Shown one piece after another: positions 62,887 to 64,000 of a stretch of DNA of 64,000 nucleotides. Position 1 is the stretch's first letter; each line of letters starts with the position of its first letter. Under the pieces are notes generated by a model. That model ran no database searches. It was not told the DNA's origin and saw only the letters and a program-made list of their open reading frames with translations. The DNA is from Cyanobacteria bacterium J06626_4 (GTDB lineage Bacteria; Cyanobacteriota; Cyanobacteriia; Phormidesmidales; Phormidesmidaceae), in contig JBCBJQ010000011.1 in NCBI GenBank assembly GCA_038523235.1, positions 1 to 64,000 on the forward strand. Reading direction: 5' to 3'. A program made the position numbers and the translations under genes.

Positions 62887-64000
62887 TTAGGCTAGGGCCG
62901 TGATCCCCAGCAAAATACCTGGTATCAGGAAAAACACCGTCACAATGTAGAGAAAGGCCAGATACTTGCGATCGGCAGCGATCGCAGCCAGGGTCTCAGC
63001 TCCCACGATCGGCAGCCGACACAAAAAGGGAATCCCGTAAATGATGACGACGCCCAGGGTGTTGTAAAGCAAATGCACCATGGCAATTTCTAACGCGGGT
63101 ACCGCTTCTGCCCCAGAGACTGCCGTGGCGGCCAACAGCGCGGTCACACAGGTGCCAATATTGGCCCCGAGAGTAAAGGGGTAAACCTGTGCTAGGCCAA
63201 AGACCCCCGCCCCGGCTAAAGGCACCATCAAACTGGTCGTGGTGGAAGAAGACTGTACCAAAATGGTGATCAGGGTACCAGCCAAAATACCGGCAATGGG
63301 GCCGCGCCCGATCGCAGTGTGCAAAATGTCTTTAGCTCGGCCGACCATCAGCACCTTCAGCAGCTTGCCAATGAAGGTGATCGTTAAAAAGATCAGGCCA
63401 ATGCCCAAGAAAATCAACAAAATGCCATCAAACGGAGCCGGAAAAATATGCGTGGCAGCTTTAAATAGATTCACCAATGGACTGGTGACCGTTTTCACCA
63501 CATTCAAATTCTTCATGCTGGCTGAGCCGCCGCCGACAAAGATATTTGCCAGAAACAAACCCATCCTTTCTAGGGGATGAAACAGGATTTCTAACGGCAA
63601 AAAAATAACGACGCTGAGCAAATTAAAGAAGTCATGGATAGTCGCTGCCGCAAAGGCTTTTCTAAATTCCGTTTTGTCCGTGACGTGGCCCAGGCTGACC
63701 AAAGTGTTGGTAATAGTGGTACCAATGTTAGCGCCCATAATCATCGGTACAGCCGTCGCAACCGGCAATCCGCCAGCCACCAGACCGACGATGATGGAAC
63801 TCACGGTACTAGAGGATTGAATCAGAGCGGTCGCGACGGTGCCCACAATCAAACCCATAAAAGGGTTGGTCGCAAAGGCAAACAGTTCTTCGGCGCGTTC
63901 ACCGGTGGCCGATTTAAACCCGGCACCAATCATGCCGACAGCGACAACTAATAGATAAACCAGCAGCACAACGCCCAACCACTGCAAAACCGGATTCCGT
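62887..64000 (-). CDS. Na+/phosphate cotransporter (NptA-like), 5' end outside the window
   Basis: Two QSSS motifs and two GANIGT repeats. Confidence 0.9.
   Translation of the reverse strand, partial: RNPVLQWLGVVLLVYLLVVAVGMIGAGFKSATGERAEELFAFATNPFMGLIVGTVATALIQSSSTVSSIIVGLVAGGLPVATAVPMIMGANIGTTITNTLVSLGHVTDKTEFRKAFAAATIHDFFNLLSVVIFLPLEILFHPLERMGLFLANIFVGGGSASMKNLNVVKTVTSPLVNLFKAATHIFPAPFDGILLIFLGIGLIFLTITFIGKLLKVLMVGRAKDILHTAIGRGPIAGILAGTLITILVQSSSTTTSLMVPLAGAGVFGLAQVYPFTLGANIGTCVTALLAATAVSGAEAVPALEIAMVHLLYNTLGVVIIYGIPFLCRLPIVGAETLAAIAADRKYLAFLYIVTVFFLIPGILLGITALA

Larger units (their letters stand above)
1..64000. repeat. Dispersed HIP1 octamer GCGATCGC
   Basis: Many copies throughout the window, a cyanobacterial hallmark; not counted exactly. 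Confidence 0.95.

Overview
Chromosomal window from a filamentous cyanobacterium. HIP1 (GCGATCGC) is abundant and fraCDE is present; the gene content is Leptolyngbya/Halomicronema-like (inferred). About 0.5-19.5 kb is an iron-starvation island. It has a thioredoxin-reductase-family flavoprotein lacking the NADPH motifs and an IsiC-like hydrolase. These are divergent from three isiA-family genes (the third an IsiA-PsaL fusion), cpcL, an atypical HLIP, an Nfu_N/HEAT protein and two AraC / AMIN-TonB-dependent receptor / siderophore-binding-lipoprotein cassettes. Fur-like boxes precede most of these units. Next come a 78-aa secreted repeat peptide, a PEP-CTERM protein and a phosphate-scavenging pair (ExeM/NucH-type nuclease and a 5'-nucleotidase/alkaline phosphatase with a Pho-box candidate). 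The middle holds mostly housekeeping genes (lpxB-like, ccsB, cobO, fraCDE, USP, P450, CRR7, TauE), a candidate sRNA, a nested MITE, a hybrid kinase with a Cys-less LOV-like PAS domain, mrr and recQ. The window ends with psaA-psaB-psaL-psaI and a partial Na/Pi cotransporter. All calls come from motif recognition by eye; no database searches were run.
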